A stretch of 64,000 bases of DNA from Octopus vulgaris (lineage: Eukaryota): positions 117,490,001 through 117,554,000 of the forward strand of contig OX597814.1 in NCBI GenBank assembly GCA_951406725.2. Direction: 5' to 3'. The notes beneath the pieces were generated by a model that saw only the letters and a program-made list of their open reading frames with translations, ran no database searches and was not told where the DNA came from. Shown piece by piece: positions 1 through 10,768 of this stretch (positions within the stretch are counted from its first letter, which is position 1; each line of letters opens with the position of its first letter). The translations under genes were made by a program, and so were the position numbers.

Positions 1-60
1 CTCACTGTTTAGTTACTGCTAAATTTAATGTTCCATTCTTTGTTCAAGTTTCAATATTCG

Positions 61-184
<124 letters not shown>

Positions 185-239
185 ATTGAATGGAAGAAAT
201 GGAGTTGAACGATGATTGTACAGAATTCCTTTTATTACA

Positions 240-320
240 TTCTACACATGTTTCAAAGGCCACAAATTTCCAAATTCTGATTAAATAAGGGTACCATATT
301 GTGGCTTTGTCATCAGGAAA
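240..320 (-). ncRNA. Type I hammerhead ribozyme motif (mirror copy)
   Basis: Reverse complement reads TTC-CTGATGA-CAAAGCCACAA...TTGTGGCCTTT-GAAA-CATGTG-TA-GAA. Confidence 0.6.
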
Positions 321-443
321 CAACAGGAATTCCGTTGACAGAACAAAACAGAACAGAGGCGCAGCCATGGGCTCTTAAAGAGCCTCCTCGTTCGAATTGC
401 TGCGCCTCTGTTCTGTTTTGTTCTGTCAACGAATTCCTGTTTT

Positions 444-522
444 TTCCTGATGAGAAAGCCACAATATGGTACCTTATTTTATCAGAATTTGGAAATTTGT
501 GGCCTTTGAAACATGTGTAGAA
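444..522 (+). ncRNA. Type I hammerhead ribozyme motif
   Basis: TTC-CTGATGA(447-453)-GAAAGCCACAA...TTGTGGCCTTT-GAAA(508-511)-CATGTG-TA-GAA. Stem I TTC/GAA, long stem II, minimal stem III with palindromic ACATGT, GUA cleavage triplet. Confidence 0.65.
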
Positions 523-1220
523 TGTAATAAAAGGAATTCTGTACGATCTTCGTTCAACTCCATTTCTTCCATTCAATAATAATATTAAACTTCAATTATC
601 CGCACCAACGCACGGTTGCAACACCAAATGGTCTTATCTCCAACCGTGTATTTTCTGCTGTGATTTTTGCTACCCAGGTATCGGTTAAACTTTTGAATAA
701 TCTGTAACAAGAAAATTCATCTTTCTATTTCAACAAATATATATATATATATATATTGTGTCATGAATGACACGACAATGCATTATAATACCAATAATGG
801 ACTACAATAACTGTTATAATATAATTATCCATAATCTGATATAATTATAATATTTCGGAATACAAAAGTTCGATCTTCATATATCGCTAGGAATTGTTAT
901 AATCACTTCTACAATCGGTTTTCCAACGGTTACTGAATTTTTTCTTCCCGGAAGCGCCTCTGCAGTGGTCTCACGTAGCTCCTTCCGTAATTTCTCGTGG
1001 GAAGTGCTTCTGCGCCATGTTTCAAACTCGAATGTGTTGGCACATCCGCAGCGCTGCTTCTAGTTATGGATTATATGTGCAGTTTCTTTTTTTCCTTCTT
1101 TTTTAAAAAACAATATTACATGGGTATGGTATCAAAAATGAACCTACACGCATCCAGAGGTAGCTAAATAATATATTGATTGCCAGCTTCTAGCCTGCTG
1201 TTAATTTGGGGCCCTTGTCT

Positions 1221-1485
1221 GCCGATGAGGATTTTATTTTAATTTTCGCCCTTTTTTAAAGATTAGCTAGGCTCATGGGCCCGGCTTCCCGGTTTCTATG
1301 GCGTATGTGTTCCCCTGCTGGACGGGACGCCAACCATCGCAGCGTTACTCATTTTTGCCAGCTTGGAGCAACGTGAAATGCAGTGTTTTGCTCAAGACCA
1401 AAACGCGTCGCCCGGTCCAGGAATCGAAACCACAATCTTACGATCATGATGCTGACATCCTAACCACTAAGCCACGCGCCTCCAC
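1221..1485 (-). mobile_element. tRNA-derived SINE inserted into the GIY-YIG remnant
   Basis: Minus strand has A box TGGCTTAGTGG, B box GTTTCGATTCC and CORE-like TCTTGAGCAAAACACT. Flanked by a TGTCT duplication at 1216-1220 and 1486-1490. Confidence 0.75.
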
Positions 1486-1980
1486 TGTCTATGATGATAA
1501 CTTCTTTAATTTTAAGATTACTCAAATTTCTTCAATTGGCCTCAACTGTTATGCTCAACTGTTGGTGTTCCGGCATCTGTCTAGATGTTTTCTGAAGGAG
1601 GAGGCTTTCGCGTTCAGATGTTCTTTGATGCGTAACGGTCATGTTGTGCTACCCACATAGATCGTGTTCCAGTTGTTACATTGTATTCTATACACATTTA
1701 CCCGTGTGCATACATCTGTGTCACGGAAGGGGCAGTTAGCTAGCGTGCATTCATTGTTGACCCTTGATCGTTTCTATTCAAGTATGATACACAAATTAGA
1801 AAGAGCGCAGCGAATATGGCCACACACACACACACAAGTTTGAGACATGGCCACTCACGCACTTCTCATGACGAATTCCGGAAGGAGATTCGTGAAACAA
1901 CAACAGAGAGACGCTTCCGAAAAAAAAATTAGTAACCATTGGAAAACCGATTCTAGCAATGACTGGAACAATTCCTAGCG

Positions 1981-2019
1981 ATATCTGAAGAAGGAAATTT
2001 TGTATTCCGAAATATAATA
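1981..2019 (+). ncRNA. Minimal hammerhead-like motif within the inverted pLTR
   Basis: ATAT-CTGAAGA-A-GGAA(attttgta)TTCC-GAAA-TA-TA-ATA. The other arm has a decayed version (ATGAAGA). Confidence 0.4.
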
Positions 2020-2769
2020 ATTATATCAGATTATGGATAACTAAATTATAACAGTTATTATAGTCCTTTGTTGTTATAGTTCATTGTTGAGCCATTTAAG
2101 ACACATTTTATTTTACAAATAAAACACAATGCTTAAAGCGAACTACAATACATACATATATACATATACACTAGAAGAAGGAAAATACACGCAACTTTTA
2201 AATGTTTAATATATTTAATTATATTTTCAAATATAGATTATTGAAATAGTCGACCAGTTTTGCGTTTTGTTAATCATGACATTGAAACTGGTGAAAATAT
2301 TGCAATTTCATATTTTTCTTAAGAATCTTTTAGTCTATGTTGTTTGTATTAGAGTTTGTTTGTAAATGAATCAGCATGTAGTAGTAGGGGAGGTAATTGG
2401 TGATTGTTATTATTCAAGACAGGGGAGGTAATTGCACTCTGGGAGAGTAAACTTATATGTACACTCATGTTAAAGTAGTGACATCAAGTAAGCATACGTA
2501 TGTGTTTATGAAAAATGCGTCATGGTTTCATATTCAAACGTGGTTTGTATTTTTCAGTATTTTCTTTATTTAATGACTCTTATATAGATGGGGGAAACCG
2601 TGAAGTTTGGTTGGAGACTCTCTGCTCACCTCTCTATGTGTTTAGTCAATAGTATCTGTCTATATCTGGGGAAACGGATCTGTTCCTTATGCAGTGTAGG
2701 TCTCCGTCAAATTATACACACTCACAAACACACATATTTATATATTTGGCCAATTCTCAATAGGAACGT

Positions 2770-3236
2770 CCATTGGGACGCCATTCTTGCGCGTCAAAGA
2801 AAACTGAAAGGCAATCTGAAGCAATGTATCATACCCATTCGCTTCCAGGGAAGACAAAGCATCAGAACCTGGCAACAGTCCTGCTTCTATTCAGTTCAAC
2901 GATTTGAGCATAGTCGACTCCAACATCGGGACCAACTTCGTGCAATCATGAAGGCACGCTGGCAAAGCACAGTCCGTCTAAATGGAAACCTTAGTAGTTA
3001 TTTTGGCTTTGTGGCACGCAGCAAAGCAGGCCTTGCCCTTGCTGCCCAATCAAGTAAACACGTAGTAAATGCTCCACAGACACTGGAGCAAACTGTATCT
3101 TCGAGTTCTCCCATATTTGCCAAAAGATTTGCTAAGAATCAGCAGACCTCAAGAAAACATTCATGTCTATAGAACGTGGTTACCACTTTATCTTATTGAA
3201 ACTTCATTTATCGTTCACGACAAGAGAATCCATATA
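2770..3236 (+). mobile_element. RTE-clade LINE 3' remnant
   Basis: ORF 2588..3172 contains QRKLKGNLKQCII...RTWQQSCFYSVQRFEHSR...RSKAGLA, resembling RTE ORF C-termini. Ends in an (ACT)n tract. Confidence 0.5.
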
Positions 3237-3237
3237 T

Positions 3238-3320
<83 letters not shown>

Positions 3321-3540
3321 AACCACCACCACCACCTTACCACTACATCTACTACTACTGCATCTACTACTACTACTACTACACCACCACCACCACCTTA
3401 CCACTACATCTACTACTACTGCATCCACTATTATTACTACTACTACCACTACCAGCACCACCGCCACTGCCACCACCACCACCACCACCACCACCACTAC
3501 TAATACTACAACTAAAACAATAACAACAACTAATAATAAA
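3238..3540. repeat. (ACT)n/(ACC)n compound trinucleotide repeat
   Basis: Directly visible. Confidence 0.95.
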
Positions 3541-3756
3541 TCACAAAACCAAAAATAAACACGATTTTGACGGCTCTATAGGTATTTCAAAATTATGATG
3601 CTATGATGCTTGGTGTTTCCATTATTTTGTTCAACCCCTGTATATAGATCCATATATTTACACACATACATACACGCGCACAATCACACTCACAGTGACG
3701 CACACATCTACAACGGTCTCCACAACAAACAACTTGACCCATGCATGAATATATAT

Positions 3757-3981
3757 ACTCTTTTACTCTTTTACTTGTTTCAGTCATTTCACTGCGGCCA
3801 TGCTGGAGCACCGCCTTTAGTCGAGCAAATCGACCCCAGGACTTATTCCTTGTAAGCCCAGTACTTATTCATCAGTCTCTTTTGCCGAACCGCAAAGTAA
3901 CGGGGACATAAACACACCAGCATCGGTTGTCAAGCAATGCTAGGGGGACAAACACAGACACACAAACACACACATATATAT

Positions 3982-4047
<66 letters not shown>

Positions 4048-4208
4048 GACAGGCTTCTTTCAGTTTCCGTCTACCAAACCACTCATAAGGCATTGGTCGG
4101 CCCGAGGCTATAGCAGAAGACACTTGCCCAAGATTCCACGCAGTGGGACTGAACCCGGAACCATGTGGTTGGTTAGCAAGCTACTTACCACACAGTCACT
4201 CCTGCGCC
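3757..4208 (-). mobile_element. Octopus-type tRNA-derived CORE-like SINE (family A) with internal (TA)/(TG) microsatellite
   Basis: Head GGCGCAGGAGTGACTGTGTGGTAAG, B box GGGTTCAGTCCC, CORE-like TCTTGGGCAAGTGTCTTCTGCT, tail (GAGTAAAA)n. Many copies in this window. Confidence 0.85.
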
Positions 4209-4219
4209 TATATATATAT

Positions 4220-4872
4220 ATTAATCAATTTAGGGTAGTAAAAAATTCAATAGAAATTTATCGCTACCAGCGGTCTATTAGGGTAAATGTTTTTAAATTT
4301 TCATTTAATTTCTGAATTACTACTACTTAGCGGTTTGAGTCCTGGCTGCTTCTTCTAGTGGGCCGAATGGCCTATTAAGGCCATTCCTTAATTGTTGTTG
4401 AATTTATATATATAGTCTTTGACTATTTTCTCTTTCCCACTAGACCGCTGGTAACGATAAATTTCTATTGAATTTTTTGCTACCCTAAATTGATTAATTG
4501 ATGATTTTCTGACTAATTCTGATATTGAATCAGCAGTTTATATTTACTGCTGATAAGTTGGCGCGAATACGATGGTTTTGAAAATTTTAGGGCAGATATT
4601 CCGAGGGCATTGATACAGATGCCTCGTGTATATCCGTCTCTCCTGGTTTCTTTACTGATGAGGTGTAGCCTTTGGTAGATTGACTTAATTTAATTTAATT
4701 AGTCTGGTTTGCCATTAAAAACACCGAAACGATGCATCGTCTAAAGATGAATTAGGGTAAATGTTTTTAAATTTTCATTTAATTTCTGAATTACTACTAC
4801 TTAGCGGTTTGAGTCCTGGCTGCTTCTTCTAGTGGGCCGAATGGCCTATTAAGGCCATTCCTTAATTGTTGT

Positions 4873-4874
<2 letters not shown>
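4220..4874 (+). mobile_element. Retrozyme/pLTR-like non-coding element: 474-bp period, identical 124-bp direct repeats and a 58-bp inverted 5' piece
   Basis: 4277-4400 is identical to 4751-4874. 4220-4277 is the reverse complement of 4441-4498 (2 mismatches). (TA)n on both sides. Contains a hammerhead. Confidence 0.8.
4649..4747 (+). ncRNA. Type I hammerhead ribozyme with extended stem II
   Basis: TCTTTA-CTGATGA(4655-4661)-GGTGT...ACACC-GAAA(4726-4729)-CGATGCATCG-TC-TAAAGA. 6-bp stem I, 5-bp stem II base, palindromic stem III, GUC triplet. Confidence 0.85.
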
Positions 4875-4913
<39 letters not shown>

Positions 4914-5407
4914 GAGACAGCTGTAAATATTCGTAATATATAAAAAACGTATTCTTGAGAAAGGCAGTCAAACATGAGATACGCGTCTGATATTCTTTGA
5001 AAGAAAAATATTTTGAGATTGAGTATATAAAAAAAGAAATCAGGGAAAATAATGATTTCTTTAATAAAAACATAATATACTGTACAGAAACAGCATTCAG
5101 ATCTTTTATTTTCGAAAAAATAGTCTTACTTCTGAAAATGTTAACTGTGTATATTTTTTAAGTAGTCTCTTCATTCGACAATTGGTCTAACAAACTGATT
5201 ACTTCACAACATCTAATATTGCTGCGCTGTTTTTATTTTGATTACACATTAGTTCTTATTTAGCTTTTGTTTATGATTCAGGTCAGTAAGAATACCGTGT
5301 TGAGAATCACTTCATTTTTTGTTACACTCATCATTGTGTCTACTTCAGAAGTATTTACATCATTTCTCACGTGAAGAAAGTGATTTCGATATAACACTGC
5401 AAGGTAT

Positions 5408-5600
5408 GGCAGTGAGTGAGCTGACAGAATCTTTACCGCATCGTGCAAAATGCTTAACAAGATTTCATTTAACTTTACATTCTGAGTTCAATTTCAACGG
5501 AGGTTTGGTTTTGCCTCCAGTTGAGCACTAGGGTCAACGAGATCGGCGTACCCCTACCACATACTTTCTCGTTTCGTGTCAAACGTTGCAACTGATATTA
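5408..5600 (+). mobile_element. Decayed tRNA-derived SINE (family B), internally deleted
   Basis: GTGAGCTGACAGAATC...AAATGCTTA...TTCTGAGTTCAATTTC...CCAGTTGAGCACTAGGGTC. Shares motifs with the copy at 10562-10768. Confidence 0.5.
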
Positions 5601-5656
5601 CACTGTTGGGTAGGGCATTATACATCTGCGGACTGACAACTGTCGTTCATTTCGCA

Positions 5657-6064
5657 ACTCTTTACTCTTTTACTCTGTTACTTGTTTCAGTCATTTGACT
5701 GTGGCCATGATGGAGCACAGCCTTTAGTCGAGCAAATCGACGCCAGGACTTATTTTTTGTAAGCCTAGTACTTATTCTATCGTTTCTTTTGCCTAACCGC
5801 TAAGTTACGCGCACGTAAACACACTAGCATTGGTTGTCAAGCGATGTTGGGGGGAAAACACAGACACACACATACACACACATATATGTATATACATATA
5901 TACGACGGGCTTCTTTCAGTTTCCGCCTACCAAATCCATTGTCAAGGCTTTGGTCGGCCCGAGGCTATGGTAGAATACCCTTGCCCAAGGCACCATGCAG
6001 TGGGATTGTGCCCGGAACCATGAGGTTCATAGGCAAGCTACTACCACACAGCCACTCCTATACC
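5657..6064 (-). mobile_element. SINE family A copy
   Basis: Colinear with 3757-4208 along its whole length. Confidence 0.85.
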
Positions 6065-6146
6065 TAGAAAAAGGATCCACGTCCCTGGGTGAGCCCGAAC
6101 CACTAACTTTTCGGTTAACAGCCGGTTGTTCGTACATATATACATA

Positions 6147-6184
<38 letters not shown>

Positions 6185-6235
6185 ATGAATGTATATATCT
6201 ATATCTATCTATCTATCTATCTATCTATCTAACTA

Positions 6236-6330
<95 letters not shown>

Positions 6331-6334
<4 letters not shown>

Positions 6335-6421
6335 GACGCTTGTCCAAGGTGCCATGGAATGGTACTTGGACATGGAACCATGCGCTCGGTAAGCAATTTA
6401 CTTACCACACTGCCACTCCTA
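6331..6421 (-). mobile_element. SINE family A head fragment
   Basis: Matches the tRNA-like head (TTACTTACCACACTGCCACTCCT) after a (TA)n tract. Confidence 0.65.
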
Positions 6422-6924
6422 TTATTGTTTCGTTCGTAGTGCAATATTTATTCACTTTGACTTTGTAGTATGAGGATTCTTTTTAATGGATATATTCTAC
6501 AATTTACAGAATCATATCACTATTTTTTTAATACTTGTTATGTTATTTCTGCAGTACAGAGTGTTCAAATATAGATGCATCATGGTGTTTAAAAGGTTAG
6601 GTTTACAGCGGTGAAGCCCAAGATCAGTATGAATGAAGCCATATTAAGCTTGTGTCTTTTACCATAACCTCTCTTCGGTTTCAGTGAGAGTTAAGTGTTA
6701 ACACTAATTGTGAGAAATAGTGTGAGGTGAATAAGATATGTAAAATGTCATTGCCAATTAAGGTAATAAGTCTCCCTTATTCCCTTTGAAATTTAACAAA
6801 GTGATTCCGTTCAATGCGAAGTGAACAAACGTTCACAGTATACTAATGACCAGGAAATACTAAGTACATGTATGTATTTGATGGTGATATATATCAATTA
6901 CGCTTTATCAATGTCTATACTTAA

Positions 6925-7106
6925 TCTCTGTGTATGTATATATATATGTATTTATGAATGTATGTATGTAATTGTGTATGTATGTAATTATGTATGTATT
7001 TATGAATGTATGTATTTATGATTGTATGTATTTATGTAATTATGTATGTATGTATTTATGATTGTATATATGTAATTATGTTTGTATGTAGTTATGTATG
7101 TATGCA
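6925..7106. repeat. Degenerate (TATG)n-type repeat
   Basis: Directly visible. Confidence 0.85.
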
Positions 7107-8322
7107 TGACGTCGTTTTATTTTGATTTAACAGTACTTTCCCTTGGAGCTGGGGCTGATTTCTAAACAAAGAAACACGTGCTCCATTGCTTCAATTTAAA
7201 AGGCATCAACGGTCATTGTTACGTGTTGTACTTTAAGACAGTTTGGCCATGTTTTGCTCCTCTACATTCAGATTGCATCTGTGAAGTTCGTCTTGGTAGA
7301 AAACTTTCAATCACTTGATAGAAATATTAATAAGAATACTCCATCAATGTTTCTAGTGTTGGTACATATGCATGTATTTCAGAGCAGAATTGATGTTTTC
7401 ATTCATACTCGTCTGTATTTTCTCAATTATAACATTTGTAAAAAGTTTCAGTAGGAACATCGCATCAAGTTAAGTATTTCTATTTTTGAGTTAATTATGT
7501 TCATATGTTTGAATAACTGCTAATTATATGTACTTTGGCTACACAGAATGGAGACATCCGCTTGCATCCTGGGGTTTTATGGACTCTCTCTTCCGCTTGT
7601 TCATGAAATATTTCTCAGCGATCACTTGTGCTTGGATAGCACAGACGTAGATATTGTGATATGTCAAGATGTATCGCTCAAGAATCCAAGAGAGGCAATT
7701 CATGTGAATATTTTCATAATTTTCAAGTTTATAGAAAGCATATTCATGCAACTCTCTCTCTCCCCCCTCTCTCTCTCTCTCTCTCACGCACTCACCCACT
7801 TTCTGTTTCTCTTTCGTTCTCTGTCTTTGAGTGTCTGTTGGCGTAGATATGTCTATTACCAATCATCGTATTCTAATATTGTGGAAGGAATTATTATTGT
7901 TAGCCTTTAAAAATCGCGGTTCACGCTCACACATATAGCTTTTACAAGAGACGTCACATTGCTTATGCAAAATACGAATTAAAGAAGAACGATATTTCTG
8001 ATACATCAGAAAATATCAGCAAATTTTCTACTTTCATTTTACATTTGCCTCATTCCTGAAATAAAAAGAAAACTGGCAACTATTAATATGAAAATTCCAA
8101 AAAGTCATTAAAATAATAGTAGTGCAGAAGACATAATAGTTAATATATATTATTTTTTTTGCAATGAATTATATTTTATTATTTCTATGTGTTTTCTATT
8201 GAGTACATTCAATTCTTGTACAAATTACCGTCATCAATATTCTGCTCCTAATCGTAAAAATTACCATTTTCAAAAGTGTCTTGGTCATAAAATAATATAG
8301 TGTAATATAATATGATATAATA

Positions 8323-8324
<2 letters not shown>

Positions 8325-8388
<64 letters not shown>

Positions 8389-8478
8389 AGAGAGAGAAAG
8401 AGTGAGGAGGAGGGGTAATTGGGAGAGAGAGAAAAGGATGGTGAGAATAGGCATAAATACTTGTATGCTTATATATAT

Positions 8479-8529
<51 letters not shown>

Positions 8530-8790
8530 GTATATATATATATTTATGTATATATATATATATTTATATATGTGCATATTTATATATATGTATATATGTG
8601 TATACATATATATTTATATATGTGTATATATATATATTTATATATGTATATAGATATATAGTGTTATACTAATTATCTTTTCTTAATAATTTTGATATAT
8701 ATTTAAAATAATATAAATTAATTAATCTTATGTATTGGCTTGAGTTTTTCATTGTATGATTTGCCTAATAGTGGTTTTATCTCTAATTTA

Positions 8791-8833
<43 letters not shown>

Positions 8834-8890
8834 ATGCAAATACGTACACATATGTATATATTTATATATATATGTGTATAAATATATATA
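8325..8890. repeat. (TA)n-rich microsatellite cluster
   Basis: Directly visible. Source of the IY-repeat ORFs. Confidence 0.9.
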
Positions 8891-9416
8891 AACACACAAT
8901 AACTTACCCTCTCACACACACGCACATATTCCCACACGTAGTCGATGCTGGTTTACCAAGAGAATCTGCATTCATATAGGATATGAATACACCGGATTTA
9001 TATAGATTATCGCTGAAGTTTCTATCGCATTATCTAGTATCCTTCGATGTACCAAAATAAATATTTCATTTGAAATGCTAAGCATGTGAGGTTTCAGTGG
9101 TTACTAACTTTAATATGAAAAGCAAACGCCAACATTTAGAAAACAGACTGTTACATCTTTTGATTAAAGTATTACGTGACTAGTTTCCAAACATATTACG
9201 TGTATCAAAGCGGTATCAATAACAGCTGTTATAACTTTGGTATTGTGTTGAGAAATGAATTAAGCTTCGGCTTTATTAAACACTTAGAAGAAGAAGACGG
9301 GGGAGTAGAAAATGAAGAAGTAAAGAAAAAAGAAGGATTTTTTGATATAGCAACTTATACACGCATCCAAAATCTTGCATGCAAACATGCGTACATATGT
9401 ATATATAGATACATAC

Positions 9417-9545
<129 letters not shown>

Positions 9546-10561
9546 GTATATATTACATATAAGGAAATAAGGGGACAGCGAAAAGAGCGAGGTGGTTGAG
9601 AAAGAACGATGCGAATGCATGTCTGCATCAAAATACGTCTTTTCCAGCTTATCGTTCGTTTATTTTAGTCGATTATATCATTATACCATTTATATATCGT
9701 TTATTACTTATGAAGTGTTTGAATGTCATAATAAAGTTTGAGTAGAGAAAAGAAAGGAAATGTACTATCCATATAACCAGATCCCGAATCGTCTTCACGT
9801 CCTGACAACATTCTGCAAGCTACTCAGCTGCAGCCAAAATGTTGGAATAATAAAAAATGACAGATCATTTTACTAGCTGCATCGTAGTGATATACTGAAT
9901 TTACAATTGTCTCGGGTAATTAGAACTGCTTCTCCTAAAACAACTTCACAACTTTTAGAATGCACTTCGTATCAAAGTAGACAAAGTCATTTGCTACTCA
10001 TAGTCTTTTCTCTTGTTTATTTTGCAGCAGTCAATACGTAGAGTTTTATGAACCGAATATATTTTTGTGAGAATTGGTTAATACATTTAGCATTATACTT
10101 CATATTATTTAATACTACGTAGAAGTGCACGAAGAACGGCAATTAAAATTCAAACGTGTACAATTATATTTAACATGTTTGTGTGCACTCCATTAGAGAA
10201 AGATTTCCACGTGGGTATCTGCCTTAAAAATGAAATTTCCGTTATACACGTTGTGTTTGAAAATACTTACGGGCCATAAACGACGTCATTGTGTCTGCGT
10301 CGTTCCGCTTCATCTTCCTTAGCTACTACAGACTGCCGTTCGTTTATTTAACAACAAATAGAAAATTTGCTGATATACGCAAAGCTTTGCTGAGATTGTA
10401 TTGCTTAACTGGATGTAAATTTAGTCCTTATGATAAAAATAATGGCATTTTCAATTACATATAACATGTTTTTTACAACTAGTCTTTTCAGTACATTAAA
10501 CGATGACAATTTCCATACTTTTATACACATTTTGTAACTTCTAAATTTACTGCAGCTTATA

Positions 10562-10768
10562 TTTCGTACTATTTTGGCACAAAACCAGTAAATTTAAGTA
10601 GAGGGGTTAGTCGATTGCATCGATCCCAGTACTCAACTGGTACTTATTTTATCAAAGCAGATAGAATAAAAGACACAGTCGACCTGGACGAAGTATAAAA
10701 TCAAAACGTAAAAACGGATGAAATAAGTATTTCGTCCGGCGATGTAAAGATTTTGCAAGTTCGCAAAC
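10562..10768 (-). mobile_element. Decayed tRNA-derived SINE (family B, Meta-domain-like)
   Basis: Minus strand has GGTCGACTGTGTCTTTTATTC...TTGATAAAATAAGTACCAGTTGAGTACTGGGATCGATGCAATCGACTAACCCCT. Confidence 0.5.

Larger units (their letters stand above)
757..2105 (-). mobile_element. 5'-truncated Penelope-like retroelement: GIY-YIG remnant flanked by inverted pseudo-LTRs
   Basis: ~310-bp diverged inverted arms at 757-1065 and 1795-2105. Minus strand 1755-1573 reads NECTLANCPFRDTDVCTRVNVYRIQCNNWNTIYVGSTT*PLRIKEHLNAKASSFRKHLDRC, followed by NLKIKEVIII and RQGPQINSRLE (~1220-1188). Confidence 0.7.

Noticed and set aside
5280-5480. Apparent hAT-like motif (RYNTA...RAKCLTRF)
   Set aside because: The RAKCLTRF part overlaps the head of a family B SINE. 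The remainder is too weak.
5670-5705. Half-hammerhead in the SINE tail (CAGTC-AAAT-GACTG-AAACAAGTA on the minus strand)
   Set aside because: No CUGANGA upstream; just a terminal stem-loop.
9800-10350. Possible old hAT transposase remnant
   Set aside because: No convincing motif or TIR by eye.
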